Shown: positions 40,253 through 55,376, numbered from the stretch's first letter. The stretch is DNA of 64,000 bases from Eledone cirrhosa (GCA_964016885.1 OZ024746.1:48980001-49044000), one strand, 5' to 3'. Numbers and translations are program-made. The notes: a model not told the origin generated them from the sequence alone.

Positions 40253-40680
40253 CGGGCACACATATATATATATGCACGTATCAGTTTACCGAACATTTAT
40301 TATAATGTTCGCTTTGTTCGTTTGTAAACAAACGAACAGCCTGATTTACGCCGTACAGTGTGTAGGCAACCACGTCACCTTTTTGTTCAACACTGACACA
40401 GGAACGATGTACTAGTTTCAAGCTTGTTAGCTATCGTCAGCACCGTATACCCTTCTGCCAGATGGTTGAACGTCCGAAAGTATATACTTTCCTGATGAAA
40501 ATTAACGGCTGAGCAGCCTAATTTGCATATCGTGTGAGTTCAGTCGGCCAGGCGCACCGAAAACGATAAATGGAATAGAATGAAACGAAATTTCATTTCT
40601 CACTCTTAGTACGGCACAAACTTAAATGTAAGTATGTATGTATACGTACATACATATATGTATACAGACGTACAGTAGTA

Positions 40681-40770
<90 letters not shown>

Positions 40771-41198
40771 CAGGCACACATATATATATATGCACGTATC
40801 AGTTTACCGAACATTTATTATAATGTTCGCTTTGTTCGTTTGTAAACAAACGAACAGCCTGATTTACGCCGTACAGTGTTTAGGCGACCACGTCACCTTT
40901 TTGTTCAACACCGACACAGGAACGATGTACTAGTTTCAAGCTTGTTAGCTATCGTCAGCACCGTATACCTTTCTGCCAGATGGTTGAACGTCCGAAAGTA
41001 TATACTTTCCTTATGAAAATTAACGGCTGAGCAGCCTAATTTGCATATCGAGTGAGTTCACTCGGCCAGGCGCACCGAAAACGATAAATGGAATAGAATG
41101 AAACGAAATTTCATTTCTCACTCTTAGTACGGCAATTACTTAAATGTAAGTATGTATATATACGTACATACATATATGTATACACACGTACAGTAGTA

Positions 41199-41266
<68 letters not shown>

Positions 41267-41704
41267 CAGGCACATATACATATATGCACGTATCATTTTA
41301 CCGAACATTTATTATAATGTTCGCTTTGTTCGTTTGTAAACAAACGAACAGCCTGATTAACACCGTACAGTGTTTATGCAACCACGTCGCCTTTTTTCTT
41401 TTTTTTTTTGAAATTTGCATATCACTCGGTATGCAAATTAGGCTGCTCAGCCGTTAATTTTCATAAGGAAAGTATATACTTTCGGACGTTCAACCATCTG
41501 GCAGAAAGGTATACGGTGCCGACGATAGCTAACAAGCTTGAAACTAGTACATCGTTCCTGTGTCAGTGTTGAACAAATAGGTGACTTGGTTGCCTAAACA
41601 CTGTACGGCGTAAATCAGGCTGTTCGTTTGTTTACAAACGAACAATGCGAACATTATAATAAATGTTCGGTAAAATGATACGTGCATATATATATATGTG
41701 CCTG

Positions 41705-41746
<42 letters not shown>

Positions 41747-42985
41747 TACTACTGTACGTCTGTATACATACATGTATGTACGTATACATACATACTTACA
41801 TTTAAGTAAGTGCCGTACTAAGAGTGAGAAATGAAATTTCGTTTCATTCTATTCCATTTATCGTTTTCCATGCGCCTGGCCGACTGAACTCACACGATAT
41901 GCAAATTAGGCTGCTCAGCCGTTAATTTTCATAAGGAAAGTATATACTTTCGGACGTTCAACCATCTGGCAGAAAAGTATACGGTGCTGACGATAGCTAA
42001 CAAGCTTGAAACTAGTACATCTTTTCTGTGTCAGTGTTGAACAAAAAGGTGACATGGTTGCCTAAATTTCGTTTCATTCTATTCCATTTATCGTTTTCGG
42101 TGCGCCTGGCCGACTGAACTCACTCGATATGCAAATTAGGCTGCTCAGCCGTTAATTTTCATCAGGAAAGTATATACTTTCGGACGTTCAACCATCTGGC
42201 AGAAAGGTATACGGTGCTGACGATAGCTAACAAGCTTGAAACTAGTACATCGTTCCTGTGTCAGTGTTGAACAAAAAGGTGACGTGGTTGCCTAAACACT
42301 GTACGGCGTAAATCAGGCTGTTCGTTTGTTTACAAACGAACAAAGCGAACATTATAATAAATGTTCGGTAAACTGATACGTGCATATATATATATGTGTG
42401 CCGGTATGTATATATAAATATATATGCATACTACTGTACATCTGTATACATATATGTATGTACGTATACATACATACTTGCATTTAAGTAAGTGCCGTGT
42501 AAGAGTGAGAAATGAAATTTCGTTTAATTCTCTTCCATTTATCGTTTTCGGTGCGCCTGGTCGACTGAACGATATGCAAATTAGGCTGCTCAGCCGTTAA
42601 TTTTCATAAGGAAAGTATATACTTTCGGACGTTCAACCATCTGGCAGAAAAGTATACGGTGCTGACGATAGCTAACAAGCTTGAAACTAGTACATCTTTT
42701 CTGTGTCAGTGTTGAACAAAAAGGTGACATGGTTGCCTAAACACTGTACGGCGTAAATCAGGCTGTTCGTTTGTTTACAAATGAACAAAGCGTACATTAT
42801 AATAAATGTTCGGTAAAATGATACGTGCATATATATGTGTGCCTGTATGTATATATATATATATATATGCATACTACTGTACGTCTGTATACATATATGT
42901 ATGTACGTATACATACATACTTACATTTAAGTAAGTGCCGTATTAAGAGTGAGAAATGAAATTTCGTTTCATTCTATTCCATTTA
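40150..42985. repeat. HHR-containing tandem units (family B, sister of family A): minus arm 40150-41395, plus arm 41430-42985
   Basis: acggtg-CTGACGA-tagct aaca agctt-GAAA-ctag-TA-catcgt (e.g. 42211-42253); about 6 HHR copies; unit ~445 bp plus variable (TA)n. Confidence 0.9.
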
Positions 42986-45558
42986 TATATATATGCATAT
43001 ATGTACATACGTCTGTGGGTATATATATATGTATATGTGTGTGTTTGCGTGTGTAAGTGTCTGTGTGTGTGTGTGTCCGATCGCGCCCGCGTGTGTGTAT
43101 GTGTGTGTGTGTGCTTGTGTGTGTATATTATAGAGACTGAGATAGCGAACATTTGATTGCGTTGGGTTCATCACTCCTGCGATGTAGAAGAAAGTATATA
43201 ACTATATTGCCGACCAATGACACAGCATGTGGAGGTGCATAGCCTAGTGGTTAGGCTACTAGGCTTACGAACATATTGACTCTCTAGCATGCTGTATTAG
43301 TCTATTTATCATAATTGGACTGCTATCAAAAAGCTTCTTTTTTATTATAAAGTTGCTGCTTCAGAAGAAGGTTTTACAGGCATGAACGGAGTTTGTTTTG
43401 GCTTTTATATCAATTTATTCATTTGATATTCAAAGCCTGGTGAATTAATTAATTAATTAATTAATTAATTAATTAATTAATTAATTAATTAATTAAGGTA
43501 GATTTGACCTTAATACTGGAATTATTCCAATATAACTTTCTATCGTCTTTACAACTTCAGTCACTATATACGTTTTAACAAATTTTAAGATACTATGCGG
43601 GAAGTAGATGTTACTTAGAGAGCTGAGAGCAGGATTAAGATACTCTTGATCTATGTATGCAAGCCGGTTTCAGTTTCCCTTGCGTCATATATATGTTATA
43701 GGAAATGTCTTAATCATCAAGTATTTCCATTTCTCTAGTATAAATATCAACCATCAATCCGTCGTAATAAACACGCCACATGGTGGTTTTAAATCAGGTA
43801 TCATACTATGGTATGATTATCATGATATTATGATGTGCTTCATTGTTCACCAGCTTGACATATTCCTATTTCAACTGTTGATTTATGTTCACGCATTTCT
43901 AGACATTCAACAATGATTCGAGAATTAGCCAAGCTTCAAAGGATATGATAATTTCCATGATTTAAAAGCAAAGAACGGCTGCACACAAGAAATCGTCAGA
44001 AAATACAGTAAATGTGCAAAGTTAAATGTAGTAAGATTTCATTTCCAGCAAGATATTTAATCTATACCAAATACCAGTAGGCGGTCAGACTTATCACTAC
44101 TTCAGAGCTAGATCGTTCGTGTTAGCGGAAAAAGTGCTGATTATGACTAATCATAGGGATTTAACGTTCTCCAAGTCGGAAGAACTTACTTGTAAAATCA
44201 GTGACTAAAGCAAATATATTCTTTTACTGGTTTCAGTCATTGTACTTCGGTCAAACTTGGCTAAACATTTCCAGAAATAAGTTGTTTATATCAACTCCAG
44301 TATATATTATAACATTAAAGATATGTTCTTTTTTCAGACTACATGCGTAACATTCGGAAAGTTTGGTCACGGTGTTATCTGTTTATACTTCCGCCTTGTC
44401 CTTTCCCGCTCTTATTGTGCAAAACATCATTGTGCAATTTAGTGTGGATCCACATCCCGTTGCCGCTGCTCCTCCATAGGTTTGGATAGTCAACACTTGC
44501 TTACGTCATCAGGTGTACTCTGAAAGAGATGAATGGCCTGCTGTTACAAAATACTCCAACAATGCATATAGTCACAATATCACTTCAACCCCTGCATCTA
44601 CAATTAACTGCAATTACAATCACATCGTCTATTGCTCTCAGGAGAAACCGCAAAGTGACAGGCTTCATACTTCACCAGATGCTTCATAATAGCTCCCATT
44701 ATTCAGCCGCTTGTTATGCTGCGTATGTGTATCTTCATATATATATACTGTTTTTCTACACACTGCTGTTCATTGCAATCACCAATACCTTTGCTTATAA
44801 TAACACACGCTTTCCTTAATTTGGTGTTATGTCATTTTATTTTTTTTATACGTCTAAGTGCAGTCTTTCTTTTATATATGTTTTTCACCGCATCTATCAT
44901 ATGTTTAGTTTCCAGGGTTGTTTCTGCTACCTCACCAGCTCTTTTATTCTCCATTACATTCCTGTCAATATTATCTATTGGTCCACACTAGCAATGGGAT
45001 TCACTGAATCATATAACATCTTGAGAAAAAGGGCTTTACTACTTTAAACTTTTACACTAGCATAGTTAAAGTAATACTATATAACATAACAACTTTAATG
45101 CATAGTGTGTGTTCGACATACATACTCATATATACAAACACACACACATTCACACACACATATATATTTTGATATGCATTGGTGTATAACAATATGTGCA
45201 TCCGTGTGTATGGGTGGGTATGTGTGCATATGTGTTTTGGAAGGTTTAGGTTATTTCCAAGGGTATCTGCATGTATTGTGACTTTGTTTTTTTATTTTAT
45301 ATTGATACATAGAACTATACATTTGCTGAAAGAAATATGAGCGATAAGTGAACAACCGAAGCTTCCATACGCTGTGTAGATGTTTCGTCCTACTTTAGAT
45401 CATAATGCGAAAGCAAACATCCATTTTTTTCTACTTTGGCCATTATCCTGGTAAGAGTTTCCGATGGCATTCAGTTATTTACTGCACTTTTCCATTAAGA
45501 TAGAGCAGTCGCTGCAATATATGATACACGTGTCCATCTCCCCCTCTCTCTCTCTCTC

Positions 45559-45683
<125 letters not shown>

Positions 45684-45722
45684 GTATCTTTTTATATACG
45701 TATGTACTCACACATGAATGTA

Positions 45723-45783
<61 letters not shown>

Positions 45784-46049
45784 TAGTGTGTATATATATA
45801 TATATATATACATACATACATGTGTGTGGCTGTGTTTGTTTGTCTATCGGTGTGTATGTGTGTATGCGTGTGTATGTTTATGTGTATATGTGTGTGTATG
45901 TATGAGTGTCTGTATGTGTGTATGTGTAAAAGTGACTATATACCAATTCTCCAGGCTGAGTAATAATACACAAAATAAGAAAAGCGTTATGTGCCGAAAG
46001 AAATTCCCACAACTTTACAAAGTTTCCTATGTACACTTATATAAATAAG

Positions 46050-46375
46050 TTAATAATTGTTTCTACTTTAGGCACAAGGCCAGCAATTACCCAGTGCATT
46101 ACTGGTACTTTATTTTATCGACCCCGTAAGGATGAAAGGCAAAGTCAACCTCGGTGGGATTTGAACTCAGATCGTAAAAGTTAATAATTGTTTCTACTTT
46201 AGGCACAAGGCCAGCAATTACCCAGTGCATTACTGGTACTTTATTTTATCGACCCCGTAAGGATGAAAGGCAAAGTCAACCTCGGCGGGATTTGAACTCA
46301 GATCGTAAAGGGACGTAACTATGCTGGAAAGCATGACGTCCGACCCTCTACGGATACTGCCAATCCACCGCCCTA
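46050..46375 (-). mobile_element. tRNA-derived SINE with tandemly duplicated 3' 131 bp
   Basis: 46048-46178 repeated at 46179-46309; same core as 38313-38524. Confidence 0.85.
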
Positions 46376-46883
46376 AAAGTTAATAATGTTAATGGACGAC
46401 CTCTGCTGTTTTCACACTGTCTATTTAGTTCCTTCGCTCATTGAAGTATATTCTCATTGAATTAGTGTATTCATCGCTGAGCATTCCCCATATACGAGTA
46501 CACATTACGTACTCCAGTCTGCGATAAAGTTGGACTTTTCAATTAGAAATAAAATCAATCCGACAAGGTTTAACACATTTTCACTCCTATATCCCGAGTC
46601 AACATAAGGATATGGTATATAAATCTTGCTCAAGATACACAAAGACCGGGATCAAATGAATGCGAAACAAACTTCTAAATCACGCAGCCCTGTAAAAATT
46701 CATAGGCTATGAATTCGTAGGAGTGTTGCTAGAGCTGCGAAATATTGCATGCATTGATTTCAACTCTTCTTATTAATAACTGCATTGTTTCTTTCCAGGG
46801 ACTATGTTGAAAGATGAATCTAATTTGGTCATTCCATGAGAGTGTCTTGATTAACCTATGAATTTTTCAGTCAACTCTCGTAT

Positions 46884-47065
46884 AAGGTGGATTGGCAGTA
46901 TCGGTAGAGGGTCTGACACCATGCTTTGCAGCAAAGAGTTATGGCCCTTTAAGGTCTGAGTTCAAATCCGGTCGAGGTTAACTTTGCCTTTCATCCTTAC
47001 GGTCGATAAAATAAAGCACCAGTAATACACTGGGATAATTGCTGGCCTTGTGCCAAAAGTAAAAA
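46884..47065 (+). mobile_element. tRNA-derived SINE
   Basis: Same head, core and tail as 38313-38524. Confidence 0.85.
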
Positions 47066-47311
47066 AAAATTATTCATATATGTATGTATGTTCTTCTGGT
47101 TTTATAATTTCACAAAGTTTTACCAATAGAGAGAGAGTCGGTTTCTAACATAGACACAAGACTCTCTCATTCGAATTTACACATCAACTAGGTAGATATG
47201 TATGTATGCATGTGTAGATATGGATGTTATTGTATGTGTGGATGTGTATGTTTTGAGTTGTATGTGTGCATGTGTATATGCTTTGTATCTGTACATGTGT
47301 ATATGCAGTTA

Positions 47312-47705
47312 TTAGATGCAAACGTTTTGGAATGTTTTACATATTTTTACTGTTCCATTAATGGATTGTACTTGTAGTTTCCTAACTAGTTGTGTTCTTT
47401 CTGTTCCTGTGAAGCCTAGCTTCTCAAGATTTGTATTGAGGTAGTTACTAACATATCCCAGTGCCCCATTAATCACAGGCATAAATCTGAAGGTGTAATC
47501 AGGGTGGAGTATCTGCAGATTTCTCATCAGTTCTGCATAAATATTCTCCTTTTCACTAATCTTTGATATTATATTGGCATCTGCTGGGCAGCTAATTTCC
47601 ATTACTGTGCATATTTTCTTCTCCCTGTCCCATATCATAATATCTGGTCTGTTATGCCTGCATTTTATTGGGGTTTTTACTGGAACATTCCACCAGTACT
47701 CTTTC
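47312..47705 (-). mobile_element. RLE-LINE C-terminal fragment
   Basis: HNRPDIMIWD..VMEISCP..KENIY..GALG restriction-like endonuclease motifs. Confidence 0.8.
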
Positions 47706-48054
47706 ATATTATGTATGTATGGATGTATGTATGTATGGATAGGTGTTTGGATAAGTGGATGGGTGGATGAATCTATACTTACACGTGTGTGTGAATGTGT
47801 ATGCATTTGTCTATCATATTTAACTATGCTCGAGAGCTGCATATATTCCCATTGTCTGTTGAGGTCTTTGCAGAATAATGCAGGCATTTATAATTCTTTA
47901 GTGATTTCGAATTATTGTGTCGCCTGATTATGCCTGATATAATATCATTTTAGTGATTTTGATGTTTCAACGTTTAGTGTATATATATTGAACATCCGTC
48001 GGTTCTGCCTACAAATGTTCCAGTTGTTCGATCAATGGAACAACATATGTGTGC

Positions 48055-48089
<35 letters not shown>

Positions 48090-48770
48090 CGCGCGCGCGT
48101 GTGTGTGTGTGTGTGTGTGTATGTATGTCTGTCTGTGTGTCTGTGTGTCTGTGTGTCTGTGTGTATCTTTGTGTCTATGTGTGGGGGTCTGGATGGGTCT
48201 TTATGTTTGTGTATATGTTTCTGTGTGTGTTTAAGTTTTTTGAGTGGTTCGGCACAAAGATTTGAAAAAACAAAAATACGTAGCCGGTCAACATGTTTAA
48301 TTAAGTCAACGGGTAGCCCCAGTATGACCACTGTATGTCATTTAGGTTGTTGCATGTGTTTGTCATAAATAGTGATTTCTATCATTTCTCCTCGAAGGTG
48401 AAGCTGCAATAATAGCTGTATTCTGTATGTACTTGCTTGCTGAATTTGAGTTTCATAACGCTATTAATGGAGCGTGAAGGAGGCCTGTCTTCATGTAGTG
48501 TATTAAAGACGAATCAGTTTAATACAATTCACACTTCTCAAATCTATGATACGATTGATGTTAAGCGTGTGGAGTTGTCACGAAACCAATTGTTATGTAT
48601 TTCGATTTCCAAAATTTTTCTGGAGGCATTAGCAAAATCTAAAAACTGGAATAATTCTCGCTTTGCTGGCAGCCCTCCACCGTCTACTCATACGGAAATC
48701 ATAATTTTCCCTTATGCGTGTGTGTGTGTGGGGGGGGGGGGGGGGGGGGGGGGTTGTATGGGGGGGGGGT

Positions 48771-48812
<42 letters not shown>

Positions 48813-49709
48813 CATTGAAGAACAAATGAAAATAGGAAAATCTACGTTGTCGCACGCTCCGCCTGAAACAGCAGCTAAATCATCTTTGACTCTCAACCTA
48901 CCATCATTGTAAAGCTAAGTTACATTAAATAATAAAAACCTAGATGTATAAGCAGGCTGTATAGTTACAGATGAAATGCTTTTGATAATCAGATTTACTT
49001 ACTCAGGGCCGACATGAAGCCTAAAGCTGGACAACAACATAGGAAATTGAGCAACCTATGTCAAACTGAATACATAATTCTGTATTTATTTACAGGGCAA
49101 AAATCAATTCTCATATCATTTTTACAGATCAAGATAGAAATATCATTTTATAAAAAATGAAGTTTCCTTCGTTGTATTATATATACACTGTGTATATATA
49201 TATGTATGCATACATACACACATTGATGCATGTATATGTGAAAGAACGTATGTGTGTGTATATGTGCATGTATGTTTTAGAGAAATTATTTACGTTTAAG
49301 AAGGAACATACTCTTGTAAGGGTTTTTCGAATTTTTCTCGCTCGTTTCTGTTCCTTCTCTTTTCTTCTAGTCTTTCATTTTTTTTCCTTTTGTAACTATA
49401 TGAACTAAATAAAATTTAGTAATAATTTTGGCATCAATCCAGGTCGGCAGCAGAACTGCACTATTGCGAAAACTAAAGAAAGAATGATAAACATATATAA
49501 TAGGAGCAAAGCCTAAGGGGAAGATAAAAGTAGAGAGACTCGAGAATAAAATAAATTCATTCCTATTGTATGGAGATAATATGCAAAGGTTTACATTCTC
49601 ACAAACCTCCCGTCAGTCAGCGATGCCACATCCGCGCGCACGCGTGTGTGTGTCTCTGTCTGTGTGTGTGTGTTTTTTGTGTATCTGTGTGTGTGTGCAT
49701 GTGGGGATT

Positions 49710-49790
49710 TGTGAAGGCACATGGCTTAGTGGTTAGAGTGTTGTGCTTGCAATCGGGAGGATGTGAGTTCGATTCCTTGATCAAATGATG
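49710..49790 (+). mobile_element. tRNA-derived SINE head (different family)
   Basis: tggcttagtggttag A box and gagttcgattcc B box without a complete acceptor stem. Confidence 0.6.
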
Positions 49791-50494
49791 GTCCAGGAAT
49801 ATATATATTTATATATTATATATATTGTTTAAAATGTTATTTTATGTGTTGTGTATCTGTGTGTATGCTTGTGTGTGAGTATGTCTTTATGTCTATAGTG
49901 TTTCTTGTTTGTCATGTTGAAAGAGCGGCACTATTTTAGGTACGGTGTGATGTGTGTTGGAGGCGAGGCCGGTATCGTGGAATAAGGCAGATAAATATTG
50001 GCTGAATATTGATTATGGATATCTGGGCCTGGTAAACGTGGGGATAATTGGTGCAGGCAACCTCTAAAGACCTCGTGCTTGGTATGGTATAATAAGATCA
50101 TGGCAAATGCCGTGATCTTATAATAGTATTTATATATAGAACTTAAAATGGTAACAGGATATTTTGTGATCTCCGTGCTACTGAAGCCCTGGAAAACCTC
50201 TGCGATATGGGGCGTATCTTCAACAAAAACTGATTTTGGATTTTCAGGATAGGATATGCAAGACCTTTTCCTCTCTCAGCTCCACACTGCACCCAAACGA
50301 GTAATATTGATCTTCACACTAATAAAAAAAACTTATGGAGTACATTTAGAAGTTGTAGCAAGATGCGGATCTTAAAATTTGAAACATTGTATTTCGGCTT
50401 TTAAGATTTAACTTTTCATTATTGGTAATATAGTTGGAATATATTCGCGTATGTAAATGTATGTATATGTGGCTGTGTGTGTGTATATAAGAGT

Positions 50495-50526
<32 letters not shown>

Positions 50527-50846
50527 CTATATATATATATATATACATATATGTGTGTATGTGTGTGTGCGTACTAGGTAAACATCTTGTCGAGTCACAC
50601 AACGCCGAATGTTAGAATCATCTAACTGTCCAGATTACTCATAACCTCTACTTGGATTAAATATATATATATGGGTTAGTTTCAGAAGATCCCGTTAAAG
50701 GTGAAAGCAGCGATTCTTTGCTTAAACTTTAATCTGTTATTTTAATAAATATATATATATATATATATATGATGGACTCTGTTGTCGCTTCCATTGCATG
50801 AGGGCCAAGAAGTTTTACATTTTTAATCCCCACTCTTGTGAGACAT

Positions 50847-50925
<79 letters not shown>

Positions 50926-51240
50926 TCCATCATTATTGTATGGTGTAAGTATTAGTATATTCGAATATTTGGTCTAGTTAATAAGCTGTATATACAGTTA
51001 ATTAACCTAAATTTTACTCTATCTAATAAATGTGTATGCTTGCAACTGAAGTTCTACTTTACGTTCTCTCGGTCATCCGTCAGGAATATCAGCATATCTC
51101 AGTTTCTGATGATCCATTGAAAGGGTGAGGTATATATATATATACATACATACATACTTATATACATACATACATTCATACATACATACACACAAACAGA
51201 CACACACACACACGCGCGCGCACACATATATATATATGTA

Positions 51241-53335
51241 TATATATTAGAAAGATCGAGTATCGAAAAATCGGCGCACGAGTTAACGAAAAACGAAATC
51301 CGATATGAGCGGCAGAGGGCTCAATAATTCAGATGAATCAGAGCTATAACTATCGTTAAAATACCGTCACATATAGAACAAGTCTACAATCAACCATACG
51401 ATTTAAAATCGATAAAGGAAGATTCGGGCCAAACAGATAAAAAATATCAATAAAACAATACGTCAATAATTTAAATGAATGTAAAATCATACCCGGACCC
51501 ACTAGAAAGGTGTTAAATCTAGCTTCATGGGTTTCTGTAAATCCTTAGACAGTACTCTATCAGCTCACATATAAATATAAAAGCCTACTAGAATAAGTGG
51601 AATGGAGTTTACGTCGTCAACGAGTTTTATCCTGGCGGCAAAGGAGTCAACTAGCGGTGAAAAACGCACATGGCATTAGACAAGGGAGATGACCCCTATA
51701 TCCGCGAAAATAATTCGAGTGAATGTGGAAATACACATATCGAATTAGAGTGCTCAATAGACATGTTAAAATAAAACAAAAGCTATTCATCACTCAATAG
51801 AATCGACAAAATATGAGCAATAAAATTAACTGGTGGATAGCTATGTCCAGAGCTAAATATATTAGAAAGATCGAGTATCGAAAATTCGGCGCACGAGTTA
51901 ACGAAAAACGAAATCCGATATGAGCGGCAGAGGGCTCAATAATTCAGATGAATCAGAGCTATAACTATCGTTAAAATACCGTCACATATAGAACAAGTCT
52001 ACAATCAACCATACGATTTAAAATCGATAAAGGAAGATTCGGGCCAAACAGATAAAAAATATCAATAAAACAATACGTCAATAATTTAAATGAATGTAAA
52101 ATCATACCCGGACCCACTAGAAAGGTGTTAAATCTAGCTTCATGGGTTTCTGTAAATCCTTAGACAGTACTCTATCAGCTCACATATAAATATAAAAGCC
52201 TACTAGAATAAGTGGAATGGAGTTTACGTCGTCAACGAGTTTTATCCTGGCGGCAAAGGAGTCAACTAGCGGTGAAAAACGCACATGGCATTAGACAAGG
52301 GAGATGACCCCTATATCCGCGAAAATAATTCGAGTGAATGTGGAAATACACATATCGAATTAGAGTGCTCAATAGACATGTTAAAATAAAACAAAAGCTA
52401 TTCATCACTCAATAGAATCGACAAAATATGAGCAATAAAATTAACTGGTGGATAGCTATGTCCAGAGCTAAATATATTAGAAAGATCGAGTATCGAAAAA
52501 TCGGCGCACGAGTTAACGAAAAACGAAATCCGATATGAGCGGCAGAGGGCTCAATAATTCAGATGAATCAGAGCTATAACTATCGTTAAAATACCGTCAC
52601 ATATAGAACAAGTCTACAATCAACCATACGATTTAAAATCGATAAAGGAAGATTCGGGCCAAACAGATAAAAAATATCAATAAAACAATACGTCAATAAT
52701 TTAAATGAGTGTAAAATCATACCCGGACCCACTAGAAAGGTGTTAAATCTAGCTTCATGGGTTTCTGTAAATCCTTAGACAGTACTCTATCAGCTCACAT
52801 ATAAATATAAAAGCCTACTAGAATAAGTGGAATGGAGTTTACGTCGTCAACGAGTTTTATCCTGGCGGCAAAGGAGTCAACTAGCGGTGAAAAACGCACA
52901 TGGCATTAGACAAGGGAGATGACCCCTATATCCGCGAAAATAATTCGAGTGAATGTGGAAATACACATATCGAATTAGAGTGCTCAATAGACATGTTAAA
53001 ATAAAACAAAAGCTATTCATCACTCAATAGAATCGACAAAATATGAGCAATAAAATTAACTGGTGGATAGCTATGTCCAGAGCTAAATATATTAGAAAGA
53101 TCGAGTATCGAAAAATCGGCGCACGAGTTAACGAAAAACGAAATCCGATATGAGCGGCAGAGGGCTCAATAATTCAGATGAATCAGAGCTATAACTATCG
53201 TTAAAATACCGTCACATATAGAACAAGTCTACAATCAACCATACGATTTAAAATCGATAAAGGAAGATTCGGGCCAAACAGATAAAAAATATCAATAAAA
53301 CAATACGTCAATAATTTAAATGAATGTAAAATATA
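51241..53335 (-). repeat. Family X tandem array: 3.4 near-identical 615-bp units
   Basis: Units start 51246, 51861, 52476, 53091; only isolated substitutions seen; TA repeats at both ends; strand inferred from G-U pairing. Confidence 0.9.
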
Positions 53336-53481
53336 TATATAAACAAAATTCAATGAGTATATCAAAGAATGAGTTTTACAGTAGATTGTAAGCACTCTAC
53401 GAAAAAAATAATTTTCCGGAGTTATTCATATTAGAATATAAATATTATAAAATAGATGTTCTTTTGATCAATTACATCTTA

Positions 53482-53529
<48 letters not shown>

Positions 53530-53568
53530 TATATATATAGAGATAGAGAGAGAGGAGAGAGAGGAGAG

Positions 53569-53664
<96 letters not shown>

Positions 53665-53995
53665 GGAGACATGTGAGTGCGTGAGTTTTTATATGAGAGT
53701 ACATAGTATGAGTGTGTGAGCCTGTATTTATTTGTGTACACACTGAAACTGCTTCATTTGGTTTATGAAAGTTTTAAGTTTCCTTTGTTTGGATTTTTTC
53801 ATTAATTCTTCTTTATCTAACAGATTTCTACCTTTCCTATCTATTTATTATATCCAATAATTTGAACAAAGCAGAGTATACAGAAGAGACAATGTACCGT
53901 GAAATCCACTTACACTGAAATAAAGATAATTTTTGTAGAGCATCAAGTGATACAATGAAGTGGAATACACACACTCATATATATGTAGTAATATA

Positions 53996-54491
<496 letters not shown>

Positions 54492-54526
54492 TATATAATA
54501 ACTTGTGTGTTACACCTCTATTCTTT

Positions 54527-54568
<42 letters not shown>

Positions 54569-54569
<1 letters not shown>

Positions 54570-54810
54570 TACCACAACTCCTTCGTTATATATATATATA
54601 TATAACCAAGGAGTTGTGGTACGGAACAAGATGCATCATAATGCACCAGAGTACTCAATACTTAGGGTTAATCCAGAAATAGCCGTCTAAACGGCTTGAG
54701 CTCTGCCGTCGGGGTCATACTTTTTTCCTATTTCCCACTCTACTACCCTAAGTATTAAGTACTCTGGTGCGTTATGGTCCATCTCGGTCCTTACCACAAT
54801 TTCTTTGTTA
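54569..54810. mobile_element. Short derivative of the Naiad pseudo-LTR 3' end with an inverted arm
   Basis: 54675-54810 resembles 555-690; 54603-54668 is the inverse of its 3' part; 54569-54590 is a further 3' tip. Confidence 0.85.
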
Positions 54811-54889
54811 TATATATATATATATATATATATCCAGGAACACTTATAGATAGAAGCCTCCAATATCTATATTCCTTATATATGTATGA

Positions 54890-54954
<65 letters not shown>

Positions 54955-54959
<5 letters not shown>

Positions 54960-55270
54960 ATACTTTGGGAGGGTCATGTTGCCAATAAGAAACACACGCA
55001 CCAGTTGCTTTCACTTCAATTTATTATATATTTATAAATTTACAAATTTATAAATTTCTGGTTGGTTGGTTGGTTCCACAACCAGATAGTTGTTTATATA
55101 TAGTCATAGTTCTTTATGACTATATATATAAACAACTATCTGGTTGTGGAACCAACCAACCAACCAGAAATTTATAAATTTGTAAATTTATAAATATATA
55201 ATAAATTGAAATGAAAGCAACTGGTGCGTATGTTTCTTATTGGCAACATGACCCTCCCAAAGTATAACAA
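54955..55270. repeat. ~315-bp near-perfect palindrome
   Basis: Arms are reverse complements about a 6-nt loop at 55109-55114. Confidence 0.9.
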
Positions 55271-55325
55271 TATCGGTTTCAACACACGATTCCAGATAAA
55301 GAATCTTGCTAAACAAATTCAGAAA

Positions 55326-55376
<51 letters not shown>

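Noticed and set aside
49710-49790. tRNA gene
   Set aside because: A and B boxes present but no acceptor stem; better read as a SINE head
49900-50400. Possible very old PLE endonuclease remnant on the minus strand
   Set aside because: Motifs are recoverable only with several assumed frameshifts
51338-51368. Resemblance of agagcta..gttaaaata to the Cas9 sgRNA scaffold
   Set aside because: Short AT-rich similarity on the strand disfavoured by G-U pairing; no nuclease nearby
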